A stretch of 64,000 bases of DNA, from assembly GCF_028368995.1 (NCBI RefSeq), contig NZ_JAQNDL010000001.1:1824001-1888000 (forward strand), written 5' to 3'. The notes beneath the pieces were generated by a model. That model saw nothing but the letters and a program-made list of their open reading frames with translations. It was not told the DNA's origin and ran no database searches. Of the stretch, positions 29,567-39,934 are shown piece by piece. How positions within the stretch are numbered: position 1 is the first letter of the stretch; each line of letters starts with the position of its first letter. The DNA comes from Nannocystis bainbridge (GTDB lineage: Bacteria; Myxococcota_A; Polyangia; Nannocystales; Nannocystaceae). The position numbers were made by a program, and so were the translations under genes.

Positions 29567-30469
29567 ATGAGCTTCGACCTCGACTCGCTCAAGGTGTTCG
29601 TCCGGGTCGCCGAGCTGCGCAGCTTCACCCAGGCCGCGCAGCAGCTCGGCATGCCGAAGGCGCGCGCGTCGGCGCATGTGCAAAGGCTGGAGGGCGAACT
29701 CGGGGCTCGGCTCCTCCGCCGCTCGACTCGCGTCGTGTACCTCACCGCAGAGGGAGAGGTGCTGCTGAAGCGCGCCCACAGCTTCCTCGCAGAGGCCGAA
29801 GAGATCGGGGCGCTGTTTCAGGCGGGTCGCGGGCTGCGTGGGAGGGTGCGCGTCGAGCTCCCGGTCCTCATCGCGCGGGATTTCGTCATCCCCCGGCTGC
29901 CCGAGCTGCTCGCGCGCCATCCGCAGCTCCAGCTGGATATCTGCGCGAGCGACCGAATCGTGGCAGCGCTGCGCGAGGGGCTCGACGTCGTGCTGCGCGT
30001 GGGGCCGGTCGACGAACCGGGGCTGGTCGGGCGCCGGATCGGCGAGGCGACGATGATGAACTGCGCGAGCCCCTCGTACCTGCGCCAGCACGGGACTCCG
30101 CGCACGCTGGAGGATCTGCGCGACCACTTGGTCGTCCACTACGCCACCGACTCGGCCCCGGTCTTCGAGTATTTCGACGGCACGACCTACAAGGAGCTGC
30201 CGATGCGCAGCGCGCTGACGGTCGACAACTACGACGCCTACGAGGCGGCGTGCATCGCCGGCCTGGGCATCGTGCAGTTGCCGCGCCCCGGGCAGGAACG
30301 GCACGCGAGCAAGCTGGTCGAGATCCTGCCGGAGCTCACGGCGAGGCCGGTGCCCATCACGCTGCTGCACACGCACGGGCGCGCGGCGCCGCGTCGCGTC
30401 CGCGCCGTGATGACCTGGCTGACGGAGCTGCTCTCACCCGTCGTCAGCGAGCTCGTGAAGCCTCTGTGA
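29567..30469 (+). CDS. LysR-family regulator (CrgA/DmlR-like)
   Basis: FVRVAELRSFTQAA...LEGELGARLLRRSTR; EGLDVVLRVG; ASPSYL. Confidence 0.95.
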   Translation: MSFDLDSLKVFVRVAELRSFTQAAQQLGMPKARASAHVQRLEGELGARLLRRSTRVVYLTAEGEVLLKRAHSFLAEAEEIGALFQAGRGLRGRVRVELPVLIARDFVIPRLPELLARHPQLQLDICASDRIVAALREGLDVVLRVGPVDEPGLVGRRIGEATMMNCASPSYLRQHGTPRTLEDLRDHLVVHYATDSAPVFEYFDGTTYKELPMRSALTVDNYDAYEAACIAGLGIVQLPRPGQERHASKLVEILPELTARPVPITLLHTHGRAAPRRVRAVMTWLTELLSPVVSELVKPL

Positions 30470-30653
30470 GACACGCTCGACCCGGCCGAGGATGCGTTCT
30501 CCTGCGAATGGGCAGCCCATCGGCCGCGAGACCCTCAGGAACGAACGGGACACCGGCGCCTCCTCGGACGAGGCGCCGGCGCGCGACCTGCTGCGATACG
30601 CGAACCCGAGCGCTCGCCGGCGCGAACTTCTGGTACACGTCGACAGCTCGTCG

Positions 30654-31601
30654 ATGCCACTCGCACCCCTGAAAGACCGCAAGCAGCTCATGGCCGCCTG
30701 TCTCGAGCGCGACATCGCGATCGAGGGCTGGAACTACTGCGCGACGCTCGACCCCGACGGCGCCACGCTGCTGCTCGGCCGCAACAGCGGCATCCTCGTG
30801 ATCGACCTCGTGAGCGGCGGCTCGCGCGAGGTCGAGGTGCCCGCCGCCGTGTACGACGCGGTCTCGTGCCTCGAGTTCACGGCCGATCGCACGCGGGTGA
30901 TCGCCACCCTGTGGGTCGGCTCCGTCGCGGTGCTCACCTGGCCGGAGCTGCGCTGCGTCGCCGTGCACCGCGTCTGCGACACGCGCCTGCACGGGCTCGC
31001 CGTGCTGCAGGACGGCCGCTCGGCGTGGCTCGGCGGTCACGACGGCCGGCGCACGCGGATCGACCTCGACGACGGGACCGTGCTCGCCGCCTGCGCTGAC
31101 GAGCAGATGTGGATGGCCGACGCGGCGCTGTCTCCCGACGGCGAGCTCCTGGTCACGGCGGACGCCGCCGGCAACGTGCGCCTGTGCGACCCCCAGTCAG
31201 GGGCCGAGCGCCGCCTGCTGCGGATCTCCGGCTCCGCGCAGAACATGAGCTTTCACGGCGAAGAGCTGCTGGTCCCTTCGCTGACGACCGCGATCGTCGA
31301 TGTCGCCAGCGGAGAGACGCGCGCCGGCTTCACGGGCGAACACAAGCTCGGCGCCCAGACGGCGACGTTCGTCACCGACGAGCTGGTGGCGACCGGCGGC
31401 GCCCACGATCCGCTGCTCGTCCTGTGGGACCGCACCGACGGCAGCAGCGCGCTGACGCTGAAGCCGTACAACAAAGGCGCGATCGAGCGTGTACTGCTGA
31501 CGCCCGACCGCGAGCACCTGGTCGTCGTGCCGCGCTGCGATCAGGCGGTCCAGATCTGGCGCGCGACCGGGCTGGTCGAGGCGGCGCGGCGCAGCCGCTG
31601 A
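30654..31601 (+). CDS. WD40/beta-propeller repeat protein
   Basis: ALSPDGELLVTADAAGNVRLCD, VATGG..LVLWD, AVQIW repeats. Confidence 0.8.
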   Translation: MPLAPLKDRKQLMAACLERDIAIEGWNYCATLDPDGATLLLGRNSGILVIDLVSGGSREVEVPAAVYDAVSCLEFTADRTRVIATLWVGSVAVLTWPELRCVAVHRVCDTRLHGLAVLQDGRSAWLGGHDGRRTRIDLDDGTVLAACADEQMWMADAALSPDGELLVTADAAGNVRLCDPQSGAERRLLRISGSAQNMSFHGEELLVPSLTTAIVDVASGETRAGFTGEHKLGAQTATFVTDELVATGGAHDPLLVLWDRTDGSSALTLKPYNKGAIERVLLTPDREHLVVVPRCDQAVQIWRATGLVEAARRSR

Positions 31602-31936
31602 CGGCCCGCACGCGGTCGTTCACCGGCACCGAAGCCGGCGCAGCGAGGGTCTTCGACCACGGCATGCGGAGCGCGATGTCGACGGGCTTCCTCGCGAGGA
31701 GGAACGCGCGGCTGAACGCTTCTTCTTTCTCGGGCTCGACGTCGGGCGCCGCGTAGTCGCCCGTGTCCCCACGCAGCAGCGTCGCGCCATCAGCCGACGA
31801 CTCATCGAAGCGCGCGTGCGCCGGATCGAGCACTCTGCTCGGTCCCTGCGCGATTTCGCGGCGGCCGTGCGCGGACACCGAAATCGAATTCGTCACGGCC
31901 GTGGGACGACGACCTGTGGCACGATCGCGGCCCGGC

Positions 31937-32830
31937 GTGAGCGAGATCGTCGAATTCGCCTGCGGCTCGTGCGGCTCGCAGATCCAGGTCGAGGCCCACC
32001 TGCGGACCGCGACCTGCCCGTACTGCGCCTCGCCGGCGGTGGTCGAGCGGCCGCGGGACGCCGGGCTGCCGCAGCCGGACTTCGTGCTCGCGTTCATCGT
32101 CCCGCACGAGCAAGCGCTGGCCGCGGCCCGGCGCTGGGTGAGGCGGGCCTGGCTCGCCCCGGAGGCGTTCCGCAAGGCCACGGTCGAGGCCATCCGCGGG
32201 ATCTACGTGCCCTCGTACCTGTTCTCGGCGGCGGCCCACGCGGAGTACTCCGCCCGCATCGGCGAGAACTACACGGTGACCTACACGACCACGGACTCGA
32301 AGGGCCGCACGACCACGCGCACGCGCACCGAGACCGAGTGGCACACGCTCGCGGGCAGTTACTCGGCCTACGTCAGCGACGTCGTCGTCACGGCCTCGCG
32401 GGGCATCGGCAATCACGAGCTCGAGGGGGTCGAGCCCTTCGACCTGCGCGCGCTCCACCGCTATTCGCCGCGCCTGCTCTCCGGGTGGATCGCCGAGGAG
32501 GCGTCGATGACAGCCGAGGTGTGCCGCGAGCTCGCGGTCGCCGAGGCGATGGCCGAGGTCCAGCGGCGCATCGCGAAGATCCTGCCCGGCGACCGGCAGT
32601 CGGACCTCGAGGTCAGCGCCCGCCTCGCCGACATCGCCCAGGTCCTGATGCTCGCGCCGGTGTGGGTGCTGCCGGTCCGCTTCGCCGACGACCGCGTGGT
32701 CCGCCTGCTGGTCAACGGCCAGACCGGCAAGGTGTTCGGCAAGCCGCCGCGCTCGTGGGTGAAGATCGGCGCGCTGGTCCTGTTGATCGTCGGCCTCATC
32801 ACCGCGGGGGTGCTGCTTGCCCAGCGCTGA
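31937..32830 (+). CDS. Zinc-ribbon membrane protein (paralog 1)
   Basis: CGSCG and CPYC; IYVPSYLF, VEPFDL, PVW, VNGQTGKV; C-terminal TM helix. Confidence 0.8.
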   Translation: MSEIVEFACGSCGSQIQVEAHLRTATCPYCASPAVVERPRDAGLPQPDFVLAFIVPHEQALAAARRWVRRAWLAPEAFRKATVEAIRGIYVPSYLFSAAAHAEYSARIGENYTVTYTTTDSKGRTTTRTRTETEWHTLAGSYSAYVSDVVVTASRGIGNHELEGVEPFDLRALHRYSPRLLSGWIAEEASMTAEVCRELAVAEAMAEVQRRIAKILPGDRQSDLEVSARLADIAQVLMLAPVWVLPVRFADDRVVRLLVNGQTGKVFGKPPRSWVKIGALVLLIVGLITAGVLLAQR

Positions 32831-33800
32831 GACTCCCGCGACGCCGGCCCGCTCGGCCTGCGGCCGCTGCGAGTCGCCGCTCGAAGCCGGTGATCTGCGC
32901 TGTGCGGTGTGCGGGCTGCCGACGCCGGGTGAGGCGCTCGTCAGCGCCGAGACGCACGTCGAGCTGCTCCGCTGCGAGGGCTGCGGCGCTGCGGTGTCCT
33001 ACGACGTCGAGGTCCGCGCGCCGAAGTGCTCGTTCTGCGGCTCGTTGATGCACGTCGAGCGCCCCGAGGACCCGGTCGAGGAGGCGTCCGCCTACCTGCC
33101 GTTCACGGTCGACCCCGCGGCGGCGGCCGAGGGGTTGCGGCGCTGGCTCGGCACCCTCGGCTTCTTCCGCCCGAGCGACCTCCAGGCGGCAGCGACGATC
33201 GGCGAGTTGAAGCCGCTGTGGTGGGTCGGCTGGGTGTTCGACGCCGAGGTGCTGGTCAGTTGGGCCGCCGACTCCGAGGTCGGCTCACGGCGCGCGTCCT
33301 GGGCCCCGCACGCGGGCCAGCAGTCGTTGAACCTGCGAAGCGTGCTGGTGCCGGCGTCCCGTGGCCTGAGCGCTGCGGAGTGCCAGGCGATCGGCCGCGG
33401 TTACCGCGTCGAATCGGGCGGCCCGCCGCCGGAGGCCCGCCCGGGCGTGCTGATCGAGCGCTTCGACGTCCAGCGATCGGCGGCCCGCCGGGCGATCGCC
33501 GAGGGGCTCGAGCGCGCCGCGCTGGTGCACGCGAGCGAGTGGGTGCCCGGCAGCCGCCAGCGCAAGCTCTCGGTCGCGGTGCTGCCCAGGCGCCTCGACT
33601 CGGAGCGCCTCGCCTTCCCCGCCTACGTGCTCGCTTACCGCTACCGCGACAAGCTCTACCGCGCGGTGGTCAACGGCCAGGACGCGGCGGTGGTCACCGG
33701 CAAAGCGCCGCTCTCGATCGCGCGGATCGTCCTCGTGATCGTCGGAGGGCTCGCCGCGATCGCGCTGATCGTCGCGCTGATCGTGGTCCTGGCCGATTGA
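32817..33800 (+). CDS. Zinc-ribbon membrane protein (paralog 2)
   Basis: Four CxxC pairs, YLPF, VVNGQ..V.G.AP, C-terminal TM helix; overlaps the previous gene. Confidence 0.8.
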   Translation: MPSAETPATPARSACGRCESPLEAGDLRCAVCGLPTPGEALVSAETHVELLRCEGCGAAVSYDVEVRAPKCSFCGSLMHVERPEDPVEEASAYLPFTVDPAAAAEGLRRWLGTLGFFRPSDLQAAATIGELKPLWWVGWVFDAEVLVSWAADSEVGSRRASWAPHAGQQSLNLRSVLVPASRGLSAAECQAIGRGYRVESGGPPPEARPGVLIERFDVQRSAARRAIAEGLERAALVHASEWVPGSRQRKLSVAVLPRRLDSERLAFPAYVLAYRYRDKLYRAVVNGQDAAVVTGKAPLSIARIVLVIVGGLAAIALIVALIVVLAD

Positions 33801-34487
33801 CGAGAGAGGCCGATGGGGCCGTGAATGCGCCGTGCCACCCCCGGGGGGCCGCGCCCGCTCGCCACCACCAAAGGACAAACGATGGGTCTCGCGCGCCCGG
33901 CGGACCGTATGTCACGCACGGTGCATTGTCGAACAGGGCCGGACATCACCGGGCGGAGGATCGCATCATCGCATTGCCCGACACGGGCCTGCGATTCCCC
34001 TCGCGCGAGCAGGGCAATTGCGACCGCGCATTCACGTGAGCGCCCGTCCCCGCCACGAGCGCGTCCTCGTGTGGCTCCGGGGCCAGCAGCCCCATCCTTT
34101 GGGTGTCGGTGGTGGTCGCAGCCCGCATTCGCCGTCTGCGGGCCAGCGTATCCTCCGAGCACCCGGCCAAGCGCACACCGGCCATCGAGGCGCCTGCGCG
34201 TCCTGAGGGGGCCCTACCAGGCGCGCGCGAGCCGTCTCGGGGCATCGCATTCGCGGATGAACCAGCTCGCAGCGGGCCGCCACGCGCTCCGGGACGCGTC
34301 GCTCGGCGGGGCGAAGGGCACTGGCCTGGGTCGGCACGAAGAGATTGTGGATACAGGTCAGCTCTGGTATGGTGCTGCTGTCATAGGGGTCGTGCTGACC
34401 CACTCCTTGCCTCTGGGCAAGGGCTCTTCGGACATGTTCCACGGGACAGGGCCATTCGATGGACCCTGAATGCCCGCTGGAGGAGGA

Positions 34488-36683
34488 ATGCGCATGCTTC
34501 GTACCGCTGGAGTCGTCTCGTCGATCGTCTCGTGTTTCCTGCTGTCGGCCTGCCAAGAGGGAGGAGGTGCAGCCGGTGATGATGCTTCCGCGGCGGAGCG
34601 CATCGTCACCGCCGAGGATCTCGAGGGGCTCGGGGCGGCGGGCGTGCTCGAGCTCGACCTGGGGGCGGAGGCGGTGCGGTTCTCGTTCGCAGCCGGGCCG
34701 ATCGATTTCGCCAGGGTCGTCGTGGTCGGTGAGGATGGGCGCCGCGCGCTGCTGCAGGACCTGCTGGCGCGCCGCGGCGAGGCATGGGGCGTGATCCCGG
34801 CGCGGCTCGAGCTGGGTGACAGCTTCCTGGTCGACGCCGGGATGGTCGCCGACGCGGCGAAGCAGCGGCCGACCGCGCTGATGGTGGCGCAGGAGACGGC
34901 GCTGTCGCGGCTGCCGCGGATCGATCAAGTGGTGACGGCGGGCGACGGGGTGCCTTCGCTGGTCGTGGGCGACCTCGGGTTCCTGCCGAAGGGCGAGGCG
35001 CGGGCGGCCGCGCAGACGTTCCTGCAGGATGTCGCGCCGGTGTTCCGCATGCACGCGGCGACCGACCTCGAGCCGATGCGCGTGAAGAGCGACGACCGTG
35101 GTCAGGTCCACGTGAAGTTCCAGCAGTACTTGCACGACCTGCCGGTCATCGGCGGCGCGCTGACGGTCCACGCCGACGGGGTCAGCGGGCGCGTGCACGC
35201 GGTCAGCGGGCGGTTCATCGCCGGCGAGGAAGTGGCGAGCGAGCCCGAGATCGAGGGCGAGGCGGCGCTGGCGACGGTGCTCGCCGGTCTCCCGGCCGAC
35301 GCAGCCAGCACCGACGCGCCCGACCTCGTCTATGTGGTCACCGAGGATTCGGTGGCGCTCGCATGGATGGCCGAGGTGACCTACACCAGCGCCGACGGGC
35401 CCGAGCGCGACTTCGTGTTCGCCGACGCCCGGACCGGGGAGCTCGTGACGCGTCACCCGCAGCACCACCGGGCGCTGGCGCGCAGGGTCTACGACGCCAA
35501 GAAGGGCGAGAACCTGCCCGGCTCCGAGATCGCCAACCCGGGCAGCTCGGCCGACCTCTCGGTCAAGGACGCCTTCAACTACTCGGGCACGACCTACAAC
35601 TTCTACAAGGATCGGTTCGGCCGCGACTCGTTCAACGGCGCCGGCGCGACGATCCACTCGACGGTGCACTTCAGCGTCGGCTACGACAACGCGTTCTGGA
35701 ACGGCTCGCAGATGGTCTACGGCGACGGCAGCGGGCAGTACTTCTCGTCGCTCGCGCGCGACCTCGACATCGTCGCCCACGAGCTGACCCACGCGGTCAC
35801 CCAATACGAGGCGAACCTCGTCTATCAGAACCAGTCCGGCGCGCTCAACGAGGCCTTCTCCGACGTCATGGCGGCCTCGCTGCAGGCCCACCTGGCCGGC
35901 GGCGTGGTCTCGGCGGCCACGTGGAAGCTGGCCGAGGCGTCGTGGACGCCGAACACCTCCGGCGACGCGATGCGCTACATGGACGACCCGATCAAGGACG
36001 GGCAGTCGTATGATTATTGGCCGACCCGCTACCAGGGCAGCCAGGACAACGGCGGCGTGCATCTGAACTCGGGCATCGCCAACCTGGCGTTCAAGCTGCT
36101 GGTCACCGGCGGGGTCCACCCGCGCGGCAAGACCTCCAACAACGTCGCGGGCATCGGGATCACCAAGGCGAGCAAGATCTTCTACGACGCCCTGGTGACC
36201 TATCTGCCGGCCACCGCGACCTTCCAGGACGCCCGCAACGCGACGGCCCAGGCGGCCACCGCGATCCACGGGGCGGCCTCGGCGGAGGTCGCTGCGGTGC
36301 ACGCGGCGTGGACGGCCGTCGGCGTGCCTGGCGACCCGGGCAGCGGCGGTGGCGGCGGTGGCGGCGGCGGCGGGAGCTGCACCGGCACGCAGTACCAGGG
36401 AACCCTGTCCGGCGCAGGGGCCCAGCAGGCCCAGCCGAACGGCTCGTACTATCAGACGACCGCGACCAAGACGCACACGGCCTGCCTGACCGGGCCGAAC
36501 GGGACGGACTTCGACCTGTATCTCCTCAAGTGGAACGGCAGCGCTTGGGCCCAGGTGGCCAAATCCGAGACCGAGACGTCGAGCGAGTCGATCTCCTACG
36601 TCGGCACCGCGGGCTTCTACTCGTATACGGTTGGGTCGTACGCTGGCGCCGGAAACTACACGCTGACCGCTGGCGTGAAGTAA
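34488..36683 (+). CDS. M4 (thermolysin-family) metallopeptidase, lipoprotein, with C-terminal PPC-like domain
   Basis: GGAGGAGG RBS; lipobox LSAC; FTP propeptide; NAFWNG, HELTH, GALNEAFSD, GGVHLNSG; Gly linker; DFDLYL domain. Confidence 0.95.
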   Translation: MRMLRTAGVVSSIVSCFLLSACQEGGGAAGDDASAAERIVTAEDLEGLGAAGVLELDLGAEAVRFSFAAGPIDFARVVVVGEDGRRALLQDLLARRGEAWGVIPARLELGDSFLVDAGMVADAAKQRPTALMVAQETALSRLPRIDQVVTAGDGVPSLVVGDLGFLPKGEARAAAQTFLQDVAPVFRMHAATDLEPMRVKSDDRGQVHVKFQQYLHDLPVIGGALTVHADGVSGRVHAVSGRFIAGEEVASEPEIEGEAALATVLAGLPADAASTDAPDLVYVVTEDSVALAWMAEVTYTSADGPERDFVFADARTGELVTRHPQHHRALARRVYDAKKGENLPGSEIANPGSSADLSVKDAFNYSGTTYNFYKDRFGRDSFNGAGATIHSTVHFSVGYDNAFWNGSQMVYGDGSGQYFSSLARDLDIVAHELTHAVTQYEANLVYQNQSGALNEAFSDVMAASLQAHLAGGVVSAATWKLAEASWTPNTSGDAMRYMDDPIKDGQSYDYWPTRYQGSQDNGGVHLNSGIANLAFKLLVTGGVHPRGKTSNNVAGIGITKASKIFYDALVTYLPATATFQDARNATAQAATAIHGAASAEVAAVHAAWTAVGVPGDPGSGGGGGGGGGGSCTGTQYQGTLSGAGAQQAQPNGSYYQTTATKTHTACLTGPNGTDFDLYLLKWNGSAWAQVAKSETETSSESISYVGTAGFYSYTVGSYAGAGNYTLTAGVK

Positions 36684-36694
36684 CCTCGTGATCC

Positions 36695-36742
36695 ACATGG
36701 CGCGACGAACATGGTCCTCGGGCCATGTTCATCGCGCCATGT
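36695..36742. terminator. Long CATG-rich hairpin after the M4 peptidase (REP-like / terminator)
   Basis: ACATGGCGCGACGAACATGGTCC / GGGCCATGTTCATCGCGCCATGT form 23-bp arms with 2 imperfections, followed by CCTTT. Confidence 0.65.
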
Positions 36743-36854
36743 CCTTTGATATCACCTCGTGGTCCGCCCTGCCCCGGTCGCATGCACGCCGAGCCGAAGC
36801 AGTCGCAGGCCCGGCGAGGTTGACAGGCGGTCGCTGCCGCACGAGCATCGACGC

Positions 36855-37109
36855 GTGGCGACAGTCCGGACGACGCTTGTCCGAGTCGAGGTCGAGACCG
36901 GTACGTCCGCCGAGCGAGAACTCGCGGAATGGTTGCGACGCTGGCGACGGCGCGGCGTCCGACGCGACGGCAAGCCGTCCTATCCGCACCAGGGCGCGTC
37001 GATGGTGCTCGTGTTCCATGCCCCTGAAGCGGCCATCGCCGACCTCGAGCGAGGGTTCGCCGGCTCGTCGTCCGCCGTGGTCACGCGCGTGCCCGCCGAC
37101 GCTGGCTGA
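36855..37109 (+). CDS. Small hypothetical protein; its 3' end is duplicated at 49959-50015
   Basis: GTG start, ELAEWLRRW...FHAPEAAIADL. The start position is uncertain. Confidence 0.5.
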   Translation: MATVRTTLVRVEVETGTSAERELAEWLRRWRRRGVRRDGKPSYPHQGASMVLVFHAPEAAIADLERGFAGSSSAVVTRVPADAG

Positions 37110-37133
37110 GCCGCGCAGGGGTCCCGCGCGACG
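37053..37133 (+). repeat. 81-bp direct repeat, copy 1
   Basis: 77/81 identical to 49959-50039 by manual alignment. Confidence 0.9.
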
Positions 37134-37159
37134 TCATTCGGCAGGTCACGGGCCCTGCG

Positions 37160-38704
37160 CTAGCGTCCGGGCGCGATCGTCGGCCGATACGTGGGCCGCT
37201 TGCGGGCCCGGGTCTCCTGCTCGAACGCGAAGCCGAGCGCCAGCAGCTCGGCCTCGCCGTTCGGCTTGCCGAGGAACGCGAGCCCGACCGGCAGCCCGTG
37301 GATCTCGCCCATCGGCACCGTCAGGCTCGGCGTCCCGGCGATCGCGGCCATGCTCGTGCCGCTGCCCGTAAACCTGTCCCCGAGCACAGGGTCGATCGGC
37401 CAGGCGGGTCCGGTGGTCGGGGCCACCACCGCGTCGAGCTTGTGCTGCTTCAGCGCCGCCCCGAGCCCCTCGTCCCACGCGAGCTTGCGCGCCGTCTCGC
37501 GGGCCGCGACGTACTCGGGCGAGTCGAGCGAGCCCTTGGCCTGCGCCTGCTCGAACAGCTCCTGCCCGAACCACGGCATCACCACCACCGCGTGCTCGCG
37601 GTTCCAAGCGATCACGTCGGCGAGCGACGACACCGGCGCGCGCGAGTCCTTGAGGTAGCGGTTCAGGCCGTCCTTGAACTCGAACAGCAGCACGTCGAGC
37701 GCGACCTCGTCCCACTTGTTCCACGTAGCGATCTCGATCGGGTCCACGACCTCGGCGCCGCGGGCCACGAGGGTCGCTACCGCGGCCTCGGTGAGCGCGT
37801 CGACATCGGGGTGGTAGCCCATCGCCTGCCGCAGCACGCCGATCCGCTTGCCCTGCAGCGCGTCGATCGAGAGCCCCTTCACGTAGTCGCGCGGCTCGCC
37901 CTCGGCCAGCGCCGCGAGCACGAGCGCCGCTTCGGTGACGGTGCGCGTCATCGGGCCCGCGGTGTCCTGCGTCGCCGAGATCGGGATGATGCCCTCGCGG
38001 CTCACGAGGCCCACCGTCGGCTTGAGGCCGACGAGGCCGTTGACCGCCGACGGGCACATGATGCTGCCGTCGGTCTCGGTGCCGACGCCGACGGCGGCGA
38101 GGCTGGCCGCGATCGCGGCGCCGGTCCCCGAGCTCGAGCCGCAGGCGTTGCGGTCGAGCACATAGGGGTTGCGCGTCTGGCCGCCGCGGCTGCTCCAGCC
38201 CGACACCGCGCGCAGCGAGCGGAGGTTGGCCCACTCGCTGAGGTTGGCCTTGCCGAGGATCACCGCCCCGGCCGCGCGCAAGCGGGCCACGAGCGGCGCA
38301 TCGGCGCGAGGGCGATGCGTCGCCAGCAACACCGTGCCGGCCGAGTTGGCCATGCCGACGACGTCGATGTTGTCCTTGATCAGCACCGGGATCCCGTGCA
38401 GCGGCCCGCGCACGCGGCCGGCCGCGCGTTCGCGGTCGAGCGCCTCGGCCTCCGCGCGCGCCCGCGGGTTGAGCTCGATCACCGCGGACAGTCGCGGGCC
38501 CGCGACATCGATCGCCGCGATCCGCTCGAGGTACGCCGCGGTCAGCCGCGCCGAAGTCAGCGAGCCGTCCTTCATCTGCGCCTGCGCTGTCGACACGTCG
38601 AGCTCGATCACCGCCGGCGCGACGCTGTCGGGCTCCCGCGCGTCGGCACCGGGACGACAACTGGCGAGGAGGACCGCAACTCCGACGACGAGGGCGCGAC
38701 GCAT
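37160..38704 (-). CDS. Amidase-signature family lipoprotein
   Basis: LLASC lipobox; GPLHGIPVLIKDN, GKANLSEWAN, CGSSSG, GTETDGSI. Confidence 0.95.
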   Translation of the reverse strand: MRRALVVGVAVLLASCRPGADAREPDSVAPAVIELDVSTAQAQMKDGSLTSARLTAAYLERIAAIDVAGPRLSAVIELNPRARAEAEALDRERAAGRVRGPLHGIPVLIKDNIDVVGMANSAGTVLLATHRPRADAPLVARLRAAGAVILGKANLSEWANLRSLRAVSGWSSRGGQTRNPYVLDRNACGSSSGTGAAIAASLAAVGVGTETDGSIMCPSAVNGLVGLKPTVGLVSREGIIPISATQDTAGPMTRTVTEAALVLAALAEGEPRDYVKGLSIDALQGKRIGVLRQAMGYHPDVDALTEAAVATLVARGAEVVDPIEIATWNKWDEVALDVLLFEFKDGLNRYLKDSRAPVSSLADVIAWNREHAVVVMPWFGQELFEQAQAKGSLDSPEYVAARETARKLAWDEGLGAALKQHKLDAVVAPTTGPAWPIDPVLGDRFTGSGTSMAAIAGTPSLTVPMGEIHGLPVGLAFLGKPNGEAELLALGFAFEQETRARKRPTYRPTIAPGR

Positions 38705-38757
38705 CGCGGCTACCTTACCGCACCACTCGCCGCGCGGGTGTCCGGTGACTCCTGCCG

Positions 38758-39633
38758 TCACACCCGCCACGTCTTCCGGAGCCCTTCGAGGACGCGGTCC
38801 CGGTTGGCGGGCGTCAGCTTCTTGATCTCGCGCGGCTCCCAGGACTCGGGGTGTCTGCCGAGGATGTTCTCGTTGAACACGCAGGCCACCTCGTCGCCGA
38901 CCTTCGGCGCCGGCCTCGTGCACGAGAAGGGGCCCTCGAACTCTGCGAAGGGGGCGTCCCGATCCAGCGCGATGCGAAAGAGCTGCTTCTGCAGCATCTC
39001 CGACACGACCTCCCCGACGTGAACGACGCGCCCGACGCCGACAAAATTCTTCGGCGCCCGGTAGCGTGCCAGCACAGCGGCCTCTTCGGCAGGCTCGAAG
39101 TAGTGCAGAGAGTACTCGGGGGGCCCGTCGTGCTTGAGCTTCCAGCCCTGTGACGACAGCTCGATGGCGCGGGGCCCGACCCAGACAGTCCGCTCCCGGC
39201 TCCCGACGTCGGGCTTGAAGTCCGACGCATACACCAAAGAATTCTCGAAGTTCGCCTTGATCCAGCGGCCGAGCGCGTTGAACCAGGAGGTCATCGCGCG
39301 CGCGGTCTTCGGGTTCGTCGCTGGCGCCCCTCTCCAGCCCGTGGCGAGCGCGATACGGCCCACCCCGATCGAGGTGCCCTTGACCGGAGAGCGCAGGAAC
39401 TGGATGAGCGACTCGTCCGAGCGCAGGCAGTAGTCGTCGCACGACGCGACGTGCTCGACATGCGGCCGAGGGAGGATGGCCGCGTCCCACAGCATGCAAT
39501 GCAGGCTGTGGATCTCCCGGACCTCGCGCGTGCGGGGGAACTCGGGGCCCGGGCTCCGCACGTCGGTGATCAGCGAGACGGTCGGCCGCTCGAACACGAA
39601 GCTCAGGAAGGCGGCTTCATCTTCGGGCGCCAT
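38758..39633 (-). CDS. Hypothetical protein
   Basis: Protein-like ORF (IQFLRS..GRIA...WIK...VWVGP.A). Start uncertain (GTG near 39666 is possible). Confidence 0.7.
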   Translation of the reverse strand: MAPEDEAAFLSFVFERPTVSLITDVRSPGPEFPRTREVREIHSLHCMLWDAAILPRPHVEHVASCDDYCLRSDESLIQFLRSPVKGTSIGVGRIALATGWRGAPATNPKTARAMTSWFNALGRWIKANFENSLVYASDFKPDVGSRERTVWVGPRAIELSSQGWKLKHDGPPEYSLHYFEPAEEAAVLARYRAPKNFVGVGRVVHVGEVVSEMLQKQLFRIALDRDAPFAEFEGPFSCTRPAPKVGDEVACVFNENILGRHPESWEPREIKKLTPANRDRVLEGLRKTWRV

Positions 39634-39934
39634 GAGCGTGATGAGCTGCGAGCGCACGCCTGTCACTGTGCCACGCTCGAGCTCGGACGTGGGCGCCGAA
39701 CAGCTCGCCCGGATCGGTGCCGACCCACGGGTCGCCACGAACCCGAGGGCGCACGAGCTGGCGTCGTCGGCGACGGCACCGCCTACCAGCGCGTCAGGCG
39801 TGGTTGGGAAACACCGATGGACGTGCAGGCTCTGCAGTCGAGCGCAGTCGTCATCTCGACCGCGACGCCGGCGCTCAGTGAGAGCTTCGGCGTGACGCTC
39901 CTGGGCATTCATCGGCCGAGCGGAGCCGCCGCGG

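Noticed and set aside
33800-34480. Long intergenic region upstream of the M4 peptidase as a possible ncRNA or riboswitch
   Set aside because: No recognisable conserved RNA motif by eye; a covariance-model search would be needed.
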